Source: a virus
Lineage: Duplodnaviria > Caudoviricetes
Virus record (IMG/VR): IMGVR_UViG_3300017553_000007
Span: 1 to 33,165 of that record
Reading direction: 5' to 3' (one strand)
DNA length: 33,165 nucleotides
The first letter of the stretch is position 1; each line of letters opens with the position of its first letter. Below are positions 15,406-23,861 of the stretch, piece by piece. The notes under the pieces are model-generated. The model made no database searches. It saw nothing but the letters and a program-made list of their open reading frames with translations, and was not told the DNA's origin. The position numbers and the translations under genes are program-made.

Positions 15406-16988
15406 TGGCTGAATCCCCGATCCTCGACGCCAGCGGCCGTCCCTTCCCGAAGGTCGACATCCTGCAGGAAGTCGTCCATGCAAGCGTCACGGGCGTCTAC
15501 CAGGCGTGGTCGACCGACACCGTGTCGACCTCGCTGGACCCGGCCCGGCTCCGCGCCATCCTCAACGCCGCCGCTACGGGCGATGCGCGCGAGTACCTGA
15601 CCCTCGCAGAGGAAATGGAGGAGAAGGACCCACACTACGCGGCCGTCCTGGGCACCCGTAAGCGTGCTGCTTCCGGCCTGCCTGTCGCCGTTGAGGCTGC
15701 AAGCGAGGCCCCACGCGACGAAGAGATCGCGGAGGCGGTACGCCAGCTGGTCAAGGCCCCGGCGTTCGGCGACATGCTGGACGATCTGCTGGATGCCATC
15801 GGCAAAGGGTATAGCGTTGTTGAACCCCTGTGGGAGTACCGCGACGGGAAGCTCTGGCCAAAGAGCTACGAGCACCGCGACCCGCGCTGGTTCCAGTTCG
15901 ACCGCGTGACGGGCAAGCGCCTGCAACTGCTCGATGCTACGGGCCAGGGCACTGAGCTGCCGCCCAATCGGCTGATCGTCCATACGCCTCGGCTCAAATC
16001 TGGCTTGCCCATCCGGGGTGGTGTGGCGCGCCTTGTTGCCGTGTCCTACATGTGCAAGTCCTACTCCCTGAAGGACTGGATGAGATACTCCGAACTGTTC
16101 GGTATGCCGCTGCGGATCGGCCGATACGGTCCCAACGCGAAGCCTGACGACATCGCAGTACTCCGGCGCGCCGTGGCGCAGCTCGCAGCCGACGCGGCGG
16201 CCATCCTCCCGGAAGGGATGAAGATCGATTTCGAAGAGATCGCCAACGCAGCTGGTGGCGCCGAGCTGTTCGAGCGGTTGGCCGAGTGGCTCGACAAGCA
16301 AGTCTCCAAGGCCGTCCTGGGCCAAACCATGACCACCGACGATGGATCGAGCCAGAGCCAGGCAAACGTCCACAACGAGGTGCGCAAGGACATCCTCAAG
16401 GCCGATGCTAAGCAACTGGCCACAACCATCAACCGCGACCTGGTGCACGCCTTCGTAGACCTGAACTTCGGCCCGCAGACGGCGTACCCGGAGGTTGTGC
16501 TCCAGGTCACGGAGCCGGAAGACCTCAAGGCGTTGGCCGATGCCTTGGGACCGTTCATTGACCGAGGGCTGCAGGTCGAGGCGTCAGCAATCCTCGGCAA
16601 GTTCGGCCTACCTGCGCCTGCGGACGGTGCGCTGCTGCTGCGACCGGTCGGTGGCGCGCTGCCGCCGGCCTTGAACCATGAACAGCATGCCTGCCAGTGC
16701 CACGCGTGCAACGTCGAGCGGAGGCAGCGCAAGGCGCTCAACGCCGAGCAGCAGCACCGCGACGAGCTGGACAAGCTGGCCGACGACGACCTAGGCGACT
16801 GGGAGCCGCTGATGCGGCCCGTGCTCGATCCCCTACAGGCGCTGGCCGACAAAGCCGGCAGCTTCGACGAGTTCAAGGCCGGCCTGGCTGGGCTGCTCAA
16901 TGAGATGGACCCAAGCGAGCTGATCGAGAAGCTGGCCCTCGCGAGCTTCAAGGCGCGCGGACTGGGTGACGTGAGGGATGAGCTGTGA
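15405..16988 (+). CDS. Portal protein (Mu gp29/DUF935-like)
   Basis: EEMEEKDPH..ELFGMPLRIGRY..SKAVLGQTMTT..VHNEVRKDI. Confidence 0.92.
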   Translation: MAESPILDASGRPFPKVDILQEVVHASVTGVYQAWSTDTVSTSLDPARLRAILNAAATGDAREYLTLAEEMEEKDPHYAAVLGTRKRAASGLPVAVEAASEAPRDEEIAEAVRQLVKAPAFGDMLDDLLDAIGKGYSVVEPLWEYRDGKLWPKSYEHRDPRWFQFDRVTGKRLQLLDATGQGTELPPNRLIVHTPRLKSGLPIRGGVARLVAVSYMCKSYSLKDWMRYSELFGMPLRIGRYGPNAKPDDIAVLRRAVAQLAADAAAILPEGMKIDFEEIANAAGGAELFERLAEWLDKQVSKAVLGQTMTTDDGSSQSQANVHNEVRKDILKADAKQLATTINRDLVHAFVDLNFGPQTAYPEVVLQVTEPEDLKALADALGPFIDRGLQVEASAILGKFGLPAPADGALLLRPVGGALPPALNHEQHACQCHACNVERRQRKALNAEQQHRDELDKLADDDLGDWEPLMRPVLDPLQALADKAGSFDEFKAGLAGLLNEMDPSELIEKLALASFKARGLGDVRDEL

Positions 16989-17812
16989 CGCCCGAACAGT
17001 CCCAAGTGCCGGTGCCAAAGGACGCGCTGGACTGGTTCCGCGCCAAGCGCATGAAGCCCGGCTTCGACTACCGCGACGTCTGGCAGGAAGAGCACGCCAC
17101 CATCTGGACGGTGGCCAAGGCTATGCGCCTGGACATCCTGGAAGCGATCCGCTCGGCGGTAGACGAGATGATCGAGGCCGGTCAGGACTTCGGCACCTTT
17201 AAGCGCGAGCTGCAGCCGCTCCTGGTCAAGCTGGGCTGGTGGGGCGTATCGAACATGACCGACCCGCTGACCGGCGAAAAGCGCGACGTGCAGCTGGGCA
17301 GCCCGCGCCGGCTGCGCACCATCTACGACATCAACCTGCGCACAGCGAACGCGGCGGGCCAGTGGCAGCGCATCGAGCGCACGAAGAAGACGCACCCGTA
17401 CCTGCTCTATCAGCTCGGCCCTTCCCAGCACCACCGGCCCCAGCACCAGGCTTGGGCCGGCATCCTGCTGCCGGCTGACCATCCGTTCTGGAAAACGCAC
17501 TTCCCGCCGAACGGCTGGGGCTGCAAGTGCTGGGTGCGCCAGGTCTCGAAGCGCGAGGCCGCGCGCCTGCTGGCAACCGGCAAGTACCTGGACCGGGCGC
17601 CCACCCAGGAAGAGATGGAGTACATCAACCGCCGCACCGGCCAGGTGCTGCGCGTGCCGGTGGGGATCGATCCGGGCTGGGCCTACAACCCCGGCGCCGT
17701 GTCCCGCCTGGAGCAGGCGCAGCAGCTCCTGGTGGACAAGGAAAAGGCGTCCAAGGTGCTGGCGGAAGCGAAAGGCCCCGGAAATGCCCCTGGCGACGGC
17801 GAACGCAACTGA
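16985..17812 (+). CDS. Mu gpF-like head morphogenesis protein
   Basis: RRLRTIYDINLRTA..HRPQH..DHPFWKTHFPPNGWGCKC..GIDPGWAYNPG. Confidence 0.9.
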   Translation: MTPEQSQVPVPKDALDWFRAKRMKPGFDYRDVWQEEHATIWTVAKAMRLDILEAIRSAVDEMIEAGQDFGTFKRELQPLLVKLGWWGVSNMTDPLTGEKRDVQLGSPRRLRTIYDINLRTANAAGQWQRIERTKKTHPYLLYQLGPSQHHRPQHQAWAGILLPADHPFWKTHFPPNGWGCKCWVRQVSKREAARLLATGKYLDRAPTQEEMEYINRRTGQVLRVPVGIDPGWAYNPGAVSRLEQAQQLLVDKEKASKVLAEAKGPGNAPGDGERN

Positions 17813-17895
17813 GGCTAGGCGACGGGTGCAGGTAAGTGGCGTTTGCGCGTCCTGCGCAAATCTAACGGCGGTCTAACGGTATGACGAGGACGAGT

Positions 17896-18390
17896 ATGCA
17901 GATGGAACGATAGGAAGATCAGGAAAAGCCCCAGGTCGAGCGCTTCGGCGGGATCTTGCGGGCGGACACTTCGGGCGAGCAGTGTGCCAAGTATATCCTG
18001 GCCAGCGAGTATGACCGCCTGGCCGCTGAAGCGGAGACCTTCCGCATCAGTTCCGACATCAAGCAGGCGAACCTGGAGCTTGAGCAAGAGCGCTACCGGT
18101 ACGCCCTGATGCGTATAAAGGAGATGGACCTGCTGTTCGCCCGGTTCATCCTGGCCATGCGCTCGGCCGTCATCGAGATGGACCACGGCGCCGGAGCGGA
18201 AGCGGCCATGACCTGGATCGTCAACAGCCTGGCCGGTCCCGGCGAGCTGCCGCCGGACGACGAGGCCGACGCACAAGGCTACTTCGACCGGGAGATCGCC
18301 GTGGTGGATAAGTCCCTGGCCGAGGTGTTTGCCTTCTTCAAGGCGAATCGCCTGCCGCCTGGCTGGGGATCGGCTCGCACTCATTGCTGA
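17896..18390 (+). pseudogene. Accessory gene with an in-frame amber at codon 6 (or a CDS from TTG 17956)
   Basis: GAGGA SD (17886-17890), ATG 17896, MQMER, TAG (17911-17913), then EDQEKPQVERFGGILRAD... continuing in frame to 18390. Confidence 0.55.
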
Positions 18391-18392
18391 CT

Positions 18393-18448
18393 TGCTGAAC
18401 CCCTTCCTCTAATCCCGCCCCCCTCATGCCGCCGACTATGGCGGCATG
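18393..18448 (+). promoter_or_regulatory. Putative late promoter 2
   Basis: Identical TGCTGAACCCCTTCCTCTAA box, and ACTATGGCGGCATG at near-identical spacing to promoter 1. Confidence 0.7.
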
Positions 18449-19459
18449 AACAAACAAGCCCCCCAGCTCCACCGCGAAGTCTCCACCGCACTCTGCTTCG
18501 AGCTAAGCGCCGAGGTTCCCGAGTGGGTGGAGGTGCTCCCGCCTGGTCCCACCGTGACCGGCCGTGACGGCCGGCAGTGGACCTACGACCCGCACCAGGT
18601 CATCGCCGCCACCACGGACCACGCCGCAGGGGCTGACCTGCCGTTCGACTACTTGCACGCCACCGAGCTGAAGGCCCCGCTTGGGGAGGAAGCTCCGGCC
18701 GCCGGCTGGGCGCGTGAGTACCGCATCAACGAGCGCGGCGCCCTGGAGGCGCGCGTGGAGTGGACGGCAGCGGCCCGCAACGCCATCCAGGCGCGTGAGT
18801 ACCGCTATGTCAGCCCGGTGTTCATGTACACCAGGGCGGGCCGCATCGAGCGCTTCAGCAGCTTCGGCCTGGTGACCAAGCCCAACCTTTCCATCAAGGC
18901 CCTCAACTCCGAGCAGGCCGCCGCCTTTCAACCACCAGAGGTAAACGCAATGGACCTCGCTGCAATCCTGGCGGCCCTTGGCCTGCCTGACACCGCCACG
19001 GCAGAGGACGCCGTGGCCGCCATCAACAAGCTGTCGCAGGACAAGAAAGACCTGCAGACCGCCGCCAACAGCGAGAAGGTGCCGTCGCTGGACAAGTACG
19101 TCCCGCGCCAGGACTTCAGCGCAATGGAACGCCGCGCCCTGAATGCCGAGCAGCTGCTGGCGCAGCAGAAAAAGGATGACCTGGAGAAGGCCATCAACTC
19201 CGAGATCGAGGCCGCCCTCAAGGCCGGCAAGATCGTGCCTGCAACCAAGGAGTTCTACCTGGCAGCTTGCCGCGAGGACGGCGGCCTGGAGCGCTTCCGC
19301 GACTTCGTGAAGGCGGCGCCGCCCGTGACCGATCCGGTAGTGCCGGACGGCGAGTACAAGGGCGGCCAGAAGGCGCTCAACGCGGAAGAGCAGGCGGCCG
19401 CCAAGGCCTTCGGCTGGACCGAAGAGCAGTACATCAAGAACACCGAGGGGGTTAAGTAA
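18446..19459 (+). CDS. Prohead protease I with C-terminal scaffold (Mu gp32/gp33-like)
   Basis: GRDGR, PFDYLH, APAAGW, VEWT..EYRYVSPVF; likely internal in-frame start ATG 18950 with GAGGT SD. Confidence 0.9.
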   Translation: MNKQAPQLHREVSTALCFELSAEVPEWVEVLPPGPTVTGRDGRQWTYDPHQVIAATTDHAAGADLPFDYLHATELKAPLGEEAPAAGWAREYRINERGALEARVEWTAAARNAIQAREYRYVSPVFMYTRAGRIERFSSFGLVTKPNLSIKALNSEQAAAFQPPEVNAMDLAAILAALGLPDTATAEDAVAAINKLSQDKKDLQTAANSEKVPSLDKYVPRQDFSAMERRALNAEQLLAQQKKDDLEKAINSEIEAALKAGKIVPATKEFYLAACREDGGLERFRDFVKAAPPVTDPVVPDGEYKGGQKALNAEEQAAAKAFGWTEEQYIKNTEGVK

Positions 19460-19461
19460 CT

Positions 19462-20379
19462 ATGGCTACTACCGTCACGCCGGCCGTCCTGGCCGCGCTG
19501 TTCAAGGGCTACCGCGCCGAGTACCAGAAAGCGCTGAGCGACTACCAGGCCAAGGCTCAGTGGCAGCGGATTGCCACGCTGGTTCCTAGCGTCAGCGCGT
19601 CGAACCTGTATGCCTGGCTGGGCCAGTTCCCCATGCTGCGCGAATGGATCGGTGCGCGCGTCATCAAGGCCATGGCCGCCAAAGGCTACGAGATCGAGAA
19701 CAAGACCTTCGAGGCCACGGTGAGCATCCTGCGCACCGCGGTCGAAGACGATCAGGCCGGCGTCTACCTGCCGATGTTCAACGAGATGGGGCGAGCTGCC
19801 GCCTATCACCCGGACTCGCTGGTATTCGGTGCTCTGAAGAACGGTATGGCGTCCGAGTGCTTCGATGGTCAGAACTTCTTCGATGCCGAACACCCTGTGT
19901 TCTCGGAAGTCGATGGCACCGGCACTGACACCGCTGTCAGCAACATCGACATTCCGTCTTCCAGCGCCGGGCCTACCTGGTATCTGCTGGATGTCAGCCG
20001 AGCGCTCAAGCCCTTCATCCTGCAGGAGCGCACCAAGCCGGAGCTGACCAGCAAGACCAACCCCGACAACAGCGACCACGTCTTCGAACACGACGAGTAC
20101 CTGCACGGCGTGCGTTACCGCTGCAACGCCGGGTATGGCTTCTGGCAGATGGCATTCGCCAGCCAGCAAGACCTGGATGGCGAGTTCTACGGCAAGGCGC
20201 GTGCGGCGATGCAGGGCTTCAAGGCGGACGGCGGCCGCCCGCTGAACATCACCCCGAACCTGCTGGTGGTGCCGCCGCAACTGGAGGCGGCTGCCCGCGA
20301 GCTGCTGATCAAGGATGCGAACAGCGGCAACCCCTGGGCCGGCACCGCCGAGCTGTTCGTATGCAACGAGCTGGCCTAA
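19462..20379 (+). CDS. Major capsid protein (Mu gpT-like)
   Basis: YAWLGQFPMLREWIG..CFDGQNFFDAEHPV..WYLLD..KPFILQER..GYGFWQMA. Confidence 0.93.
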   Translation: MATTVTPAVLAALFKGYRAEYQKALSDYQAKAQWQRIATLVPSVSASNLYAWLGQFPMLREWIGARVIKAMAAKGYEIENKTFEATVSILRTAVEDDQAGVYLPMFNEMGRAAAYHPDSLVFGALKNGMASECFDGQNFFDAEHPVFSEVDGTGTDTAVSNIDIPSSSAGPTWYLLDVSRALKPFILQERTKPELTSKTNPDNSDHVFEHDEYLHGVRYRCNAGYGFWQMAFASQQDLDGEFYGKARAAMQGFKADGGRPLNITPNLLVVPPQLEAAARELLIKDANSGNPWAGTAELFVCNELA

Positions 20380-20391
20380 GAGGGCGCCGCA

Positions 20392-20841
20392 ATGATCGTG
20401 CGTATCAAGGCAAGTCGGCGCGTCTACCGCCGCCTCGGCGTTGTGTTCGGCAAGCAAGCCCAGGACTTCGCGGCCGACCGCTTCACCGAGGCCGAGCTGG
20501 AGACGCTCCAGGGCGACCCGGTGCTGACCGTCTCGCTGGTCGATGGCGAGCTGCCGGCTGGTGCCGGCCAGGCTGGTGGCGAGGGACAGCCCCCGGCTGG
20601 TGGCTCTGCTTCGGCTGAGTCTCCCGCCGCGCCTTCTACCCAGGCCGCCAAGGCGGCTCCGGTGAAGGCTGCACCCAAGGGCAAGGGCGGCGCCAAGCCT
20701 GGCCCGCGTGGTGGCAAGGGCCCGGCCAAGGCGGCAGGGAAGTCCGCCGCACCGGCTGACAAGGACGAGCAGCCGGCCGGTGACAGTGCCAATCCTCCCG
20801 CGAAGGATGCGGAAGGCGGCACCGGGGCCGGGCAGGAGTAA
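20392..20841 (+). CDS. Mu gp35/HI1506-like protein with low-complexity tail
   Basis: YRRLGVVF..FTEAELETLQGDPVLTV followed by an Ala/Gly/Pro/Lys-rich tail; follows the capsid gene. Confidence 0.7.
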   Translation: MIVRIKASRRVYRRLGVVFGKQAQDFAADRFTEAELETLQGDPVLTVSLVDGELPAGAGQAGGEGQPPAGGSASAESPAAPSTQAAKAAPVKAAPKGKGGAKPGPRGGKGPAKAAGKSAAPADKDEQPAGDSANPPAKDAEGGTGAGQE

Positions 20842-20846
20842 CCGCC

Positions 20847-21257
20847 ATGCCCTACGCCACCCGCGAGGAAATGGTTGAGCGCTGGGGCATGGACGCCCTC
20901 CTGGTCGTGGCGGATCGCGACCAGGACGGCGTGCTCGATGACGCGGTGGTCGACAAGGCGCTGGTGGATGCCAGCGCCGAAATCGACTCCTACGTGGGCG
21001 TCCTGAACCGCCTGCCGCTGCCGGAGCTTCCGGCCGCCCTGGTGCAACCCTGCTGCGACATCGCCATGTATCGGCTGTCGCCGGACGGCACCAGCAGCAC
21101 GGAAGAGAAGCGCAAGCGCTACGAAGACGCGGTGAAGTACCTGGTGCGCGTGTCCGAGGGGAAAGCCTCCCTCGGCCTGGCGACACCGCCTGACCAGGAA
21201 AGCAGCGGCTTTGCTTTCTTCGAATCGGAACCCAAGCGGTTCGGGAAGCTGCTGTGA
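20847..21257 (+). CDS. Head-tail adaptor (Mu gp36/DUF1320-like)
   Basis: MPYAT..ALVDASAEIDSY..CCDIAMYRL..RYEDAVKYL..GKASLG. Confidence 0.88.
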   Translation: MPYATREEMVERWGMDALLVVADRDQDGVLDDAVVDKALVDASAEIDSYVGVLNRLPLPELPAALVQPCCDIAMYRLSPDGTSSTEEKRKRYEDAVKYLVRVSEGKASLGLATPPDQESSGFAFFESEPKRFGKLL

Positions 21258-21697
21258 GTGGGGCCGCCATCAACGTCAACCTGCTCCAGGACCCGCGCCT
21301 GGTCCGGCGATTGGACCGCCTGGCCGAGCTGGACCTGGGGCCGCTTCTGGAGGGCATCGGCGCCGAGGTAGAGAGTCAGACGCGCCGCCGCATCCAGGTC
21401 GACAAGATGAGCCCGGCAAACGAGCCATGGCCGGAGTGGTCCGCCGACTACGCCGAGACGCGGCACAGCGGCCAGAGCCTGCTGCAGGGCGCCGGGCATC
21501 TGCTGGATAGCCTGACCTACCAGGTCATGGGGGACAGCGTGCTGGTGGGCAGTCCGTTGGTCTACGCCGCCACCCACCAGTTCGGCGACGAAAAGCGCGG
21601 CATTCCCCAGCGGGAATTCCTGGGCCTGGAAGGCGACGACCTGGAGGACGTAATCGGAATGATCGAGGACTACCTGGAGGACCTCGCAGATGAATGA
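21254..21697 (+). CDS. Virion morphogenesis / tail completion protein (Mu gpG-like)
   Basis: LQGAGHLLDSL..VGSPLVYAATHQFG..IPQREFLGL. Confidence 0.85.
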   Translation: MSGAAINVNLLQDPRLVRRLDRLAELDLGPLLEGIGAEVESQTRRRIQVDKMSPANEPWPEWSADYAETRHSGQSLLQGAGHLLDSLTYQVMGDSVLVGSPLVYAATHQFGDEKRGIPQREFLGLEGDDLEDVIGMIEDYLEDLADE

Positions 21698-22157
21698 GTT
21701 GACCGCCGACCAGGTGCTGGCCGGCATCGAGGCCTGGGCCGTGCTCGCCTTCGCAGCGGCAGGGCTCAAGGTCGAGACCGCGCTGCACGGCGGACGCTTC
21801 ACCCCGGCCGAGCTGGAGCGCTACGCCACCCGCACGATGGCCTGCCGAATCGCCCTGGAGGGCCTGCGCTTCGAAACCAACGGCCGGGGCCAGTTGGAGG
21901 CTACCGCTCACGTCGTGGTAGTCGCGCTGGCTGGCGACCTGGGCAAGGCCGGGAGTCGTGCCAACAACGTGCTGACGGTCACGGCAGCACTCCAGGCGGC
22001 ACTCCCTGGTAGCCGCTGCGGCCTGGAGCTGATGGACAGCATCAACGCGAAGGACATGCGCGCGGCGAACCTGTACCACGCCGAGCTGGAGAAGCGAAAC
22101 ACCGCAGCCTGGGTGCTGACATGGCCGGTGAAGTTCCAACACCCCCGAGTCCGATAG
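21690..22157 (+). CDS. Putative tail terminator (Mu gp37 position)
   Basis: HGGRF motif; synteny between neck and tail tube. Confidence 0.6.
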   Translation: MNELTADQVLAGIEAWAVLAFAAAGLKVETALHGGRFTPAELERYATRTMACRIALEGLRFETNGRGQLEATAHVVVVALAGDLGKAGSRANNVLTVTAALQAALPGSRCGLELMDSINAKDMRAANLYHAELEKRNTAAWVLTWPVKFQHPRVR

Positions 22158-22165
22158 GAGGACAC

Positions 22166-22357
22166 ATGAAGACCAATCAGGCCCCCGTCTCGGGGGAAAC
22201 CGTACCGGCCGGCGTGAAGGTGAAAATCACCAGCGCCAACGGCCACCGCCATGCCGGCACCAAACACCCTCAGGGCACGGTTATCACCGTGACCGAGGGC
22301 GACGCCAAGCTGATCGTCGACACCTTCAAGGTCGGCGAACGTGTGAAGGGGGAATAA
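22166..22357 (+). CDS. Small virion-associated hypothetical protein
   Basis: AGGAGG SD before ATG 22166; HRHAG motif. Confidence 0.65.
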   Translation: MKTNQAPVSGETVPAGVKVKITSANGHRHAGTKHPQGTVITVTEGDAKLIVDTFKVGERVKGE

Positions 22358-22360
22358 CCC

Positions 22361-23098
22361 ATGTCGCAACCCGAAGTATTCAAGGGCATTGGTATCGTCT
22401 CCATGCAGAAGCTGGGGGTGGAGAACGCACCGATGCGCGATGCTGGAGACGTCGAGCAACTCAAGATCGCGCACCGCACCAACTCGATCACCTGGAAGCA
22501 ACATCGCCGCCCCGGCGGCGGCAACCTGTCTAAGCTCGACACCCCCGAAGGCATCGACCTTACCGTGCAGATGCAGGAGTGGACCGACGAGAACCTGGCG
22601 ATGTCCCTGCAGGGCACGGTCGTCGAGCTGGAGCCGGAGACCGTCACTGGCGAGGCGGTCGTCCTGACTCCGGGTAGCCTGGTCGTGACCGACTTCCCCG
22701 GCCCGGTGGGCCTGGTCATCACCAAGACTCAGGGCAGCACGCCTGTGCCGCTGACCGAGGTTGAGACGTCGGCGGCAGGCTTCCGGGTGAAAGCGGACAG
22801 TACCGCCATCACCGAGCCGACTCCGGCGACCATCGCCTACACCAGCACCAAGGCGGTTCGCATCGAGCCCCTGGTTGAAGCCGGCGCCGAGTACAAGGTG
22901 GTGTTCGACGGCCTCAACGAAGCCCCTGGCGGTCGGCCGGTGGTGGTCACCATCTGGCGCTGGAAGGCGCCGCCGGCTGAAGAGCTGGCGCTGATCGACG
23001 CCGAGAACCCCGGCAAGCTGCTGTCGAAGGGTGAAATCCTGGCCGACCCCAGCCGCCCGGCCAACGAGTCGCCGTTCTACCGCATCGACAGGCTGTAA
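22361..23098 (+). CDS. Major tail tube protein (putative)
   Basis: 245 aa, beta-rich, upstream of chaperone and tape measure; no sheath gene present. Confidence 0.72.
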   Translation: MSQPEVFKGIGIVSMQKLGVENAPMRDAGDVEQLKIAHRTNSITWKQHRRPGGGNLSKLDTPEGIDLTVQMQEWTDENLAMSLQGTVVELEPETVTGEAVVLTPGSLVVTDFPGPVGLVITKTQGSTPVPLTEVETSAAGFRVKADSTAITEPTPATIAYTSTKAVRIEPLVEAGAEYKVVFDGLNEAPGGRPVVVTIWRWKAPPAEELALIDAENPGKLLSKGEILADPSRPANESPFYRIDRL

Positions 23099-23110
23099 TC
23101 CGCCCACCCT

Positions 23111-23132
23111 GCCGGCCCCGCCAGGGGCCGGC
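23111..23132 (+). terminator. GC-rich hairpin after the tail tube gene (weak terminator or stabiliser)
   Basis: GCCGGCCCC-GCCA-GGGGCCGGC; poor U-tract. Confidence 0.4.
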
Positions 23133-23149
23133 TCTCGGAGATATCGAAC

Positions 23150-23500
23150 ATGAGCATGGCTCTGAAACAGACACTCGACTTCGACGGCCTGCGCGTCCAG
23201 GTGCGCGAGCTTACGGTGGGCGAGATTCGCCAACTGCTCAAGACCATGGCCGATGGCAGCGGTGGCGACCTGGTCGACGACATGCTGCTGGAAGAGATCG
23301 GTCTGGCCGAGCTGCAGCTGATGACCAACCTGGAGCCCGAGCAGTTGGACGACCTCGCACCGAGCCAGCTGCGCCAGGTGTACGAAGCCTGCCGCGAGGT
23401 GAACAAGGATTTTTTCGACCTGCGCGCTCGCGTCGAGCAGGTGGGGCAGCGAATCCTGGCGAAGCTCTCCGGCAGCTCGAACGAAACGCCAGCGCCCTGA
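23150..23500 (+). CDS. Tail assembly chaperone (G-like)
   Basis: VRELTVGEIR..CREVNKDFF; between tube and tape measure. Confidence 0.78.
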   Translation: MSMALKQTLDFDGLRVQVRELTVGEIRQLLKTMADGSGGDLVDDMLLEEIGLAELQLMTNLEPEQLDDLAPSQLRQVYEACREVNKDFFDLRARVEQVGQRILAKLSGSSNETPAP

Positions 23501-23610
23501 TCCGCCACGGGCACACTGGCCTCTGGAGCTACCCCTGGGGCACCTGGCAGGCGGCGCACGCCGAGGCAATCGAAGCCGCCGAGCGAGCAGCAAAGGGCAG
23601 TAGCCCATAA
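23410..23610 (+). other. -1 programmed frameshift and GT-like extension
   Basis: T TTT TTC at 23410-23416 in correct phase; the -1 frame is open to TAA 23608-23610 (..LIRHGHTGLWSYPWGTW..). Confidence 0.7.
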
Positions 23611-23614
23611 CGAC

Positions 23615-23648
23615 GAAGCCCCGCGCAATGCGGGGCTTCTGCTTTCTG
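23615..23648 (+). terminator. Intrinsic terminator
   Basis: GAAGCCCCGC-GCAAT-GCGGGGCTTC followed by TGCTTTCT. Confidence 0.7.
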
Positions 23649-23661
23649 CTGAACCGCTTCC
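23646..23661 (+). promoter_or_regulatory. Third, degenerate late-promoter box upstream of the tape measure gene
   Basis: CTGCTGAACCGCTTCC, one mismatch to 11015-11030, again directly behind a terminator. Confidence 0.5.
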
Positions 23662-23714
23662 ACTGTGGCATGGAGCAGGTGCAGGGCAACCTAGCATTGC
23701 CCGTCTGCAGTCGG

Positions 23715-23861
23715 CTATTGGCGCTTTCTGCCAGCACCGGACAGAACAAACATCCAGAGCACGATGGCTGCAAGACCGGTGATGAACACCATTGCAGCAG
23801 CAGCTTTTGGCGCCACAAGAGCTAGCAGGCCATTGGCGATCACCAGGTGATAGAACTTCAT
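23715..23861 (-). CDS. 48-aa antisense membrane protein (moron)
   Basis: MKFYHLVIANGLLALVAPKAAAAMVFITGLAAIVLWMFVLSGAGRKRQ*; fills the otherwise empty gap. Confidence 0.55.
   Translation of the reverse strand: MKFYHLVIANGLLALVAPKAAAAMVFITGLAAIVLWMFVLSGAGRKRQ

Noticed and set aside
17812-18446. Canonical acr-aca operon
   Set aside because: No small HTH Aca-like gene and no Acr sequence that I recognise; only the position matches
23628-23825. 65-aa plus-strand ORF before the tape measure gene
   Set aside because: It starts inside the terminator hairpin without an SD; the minus-strand membrane ORF explains the gap better
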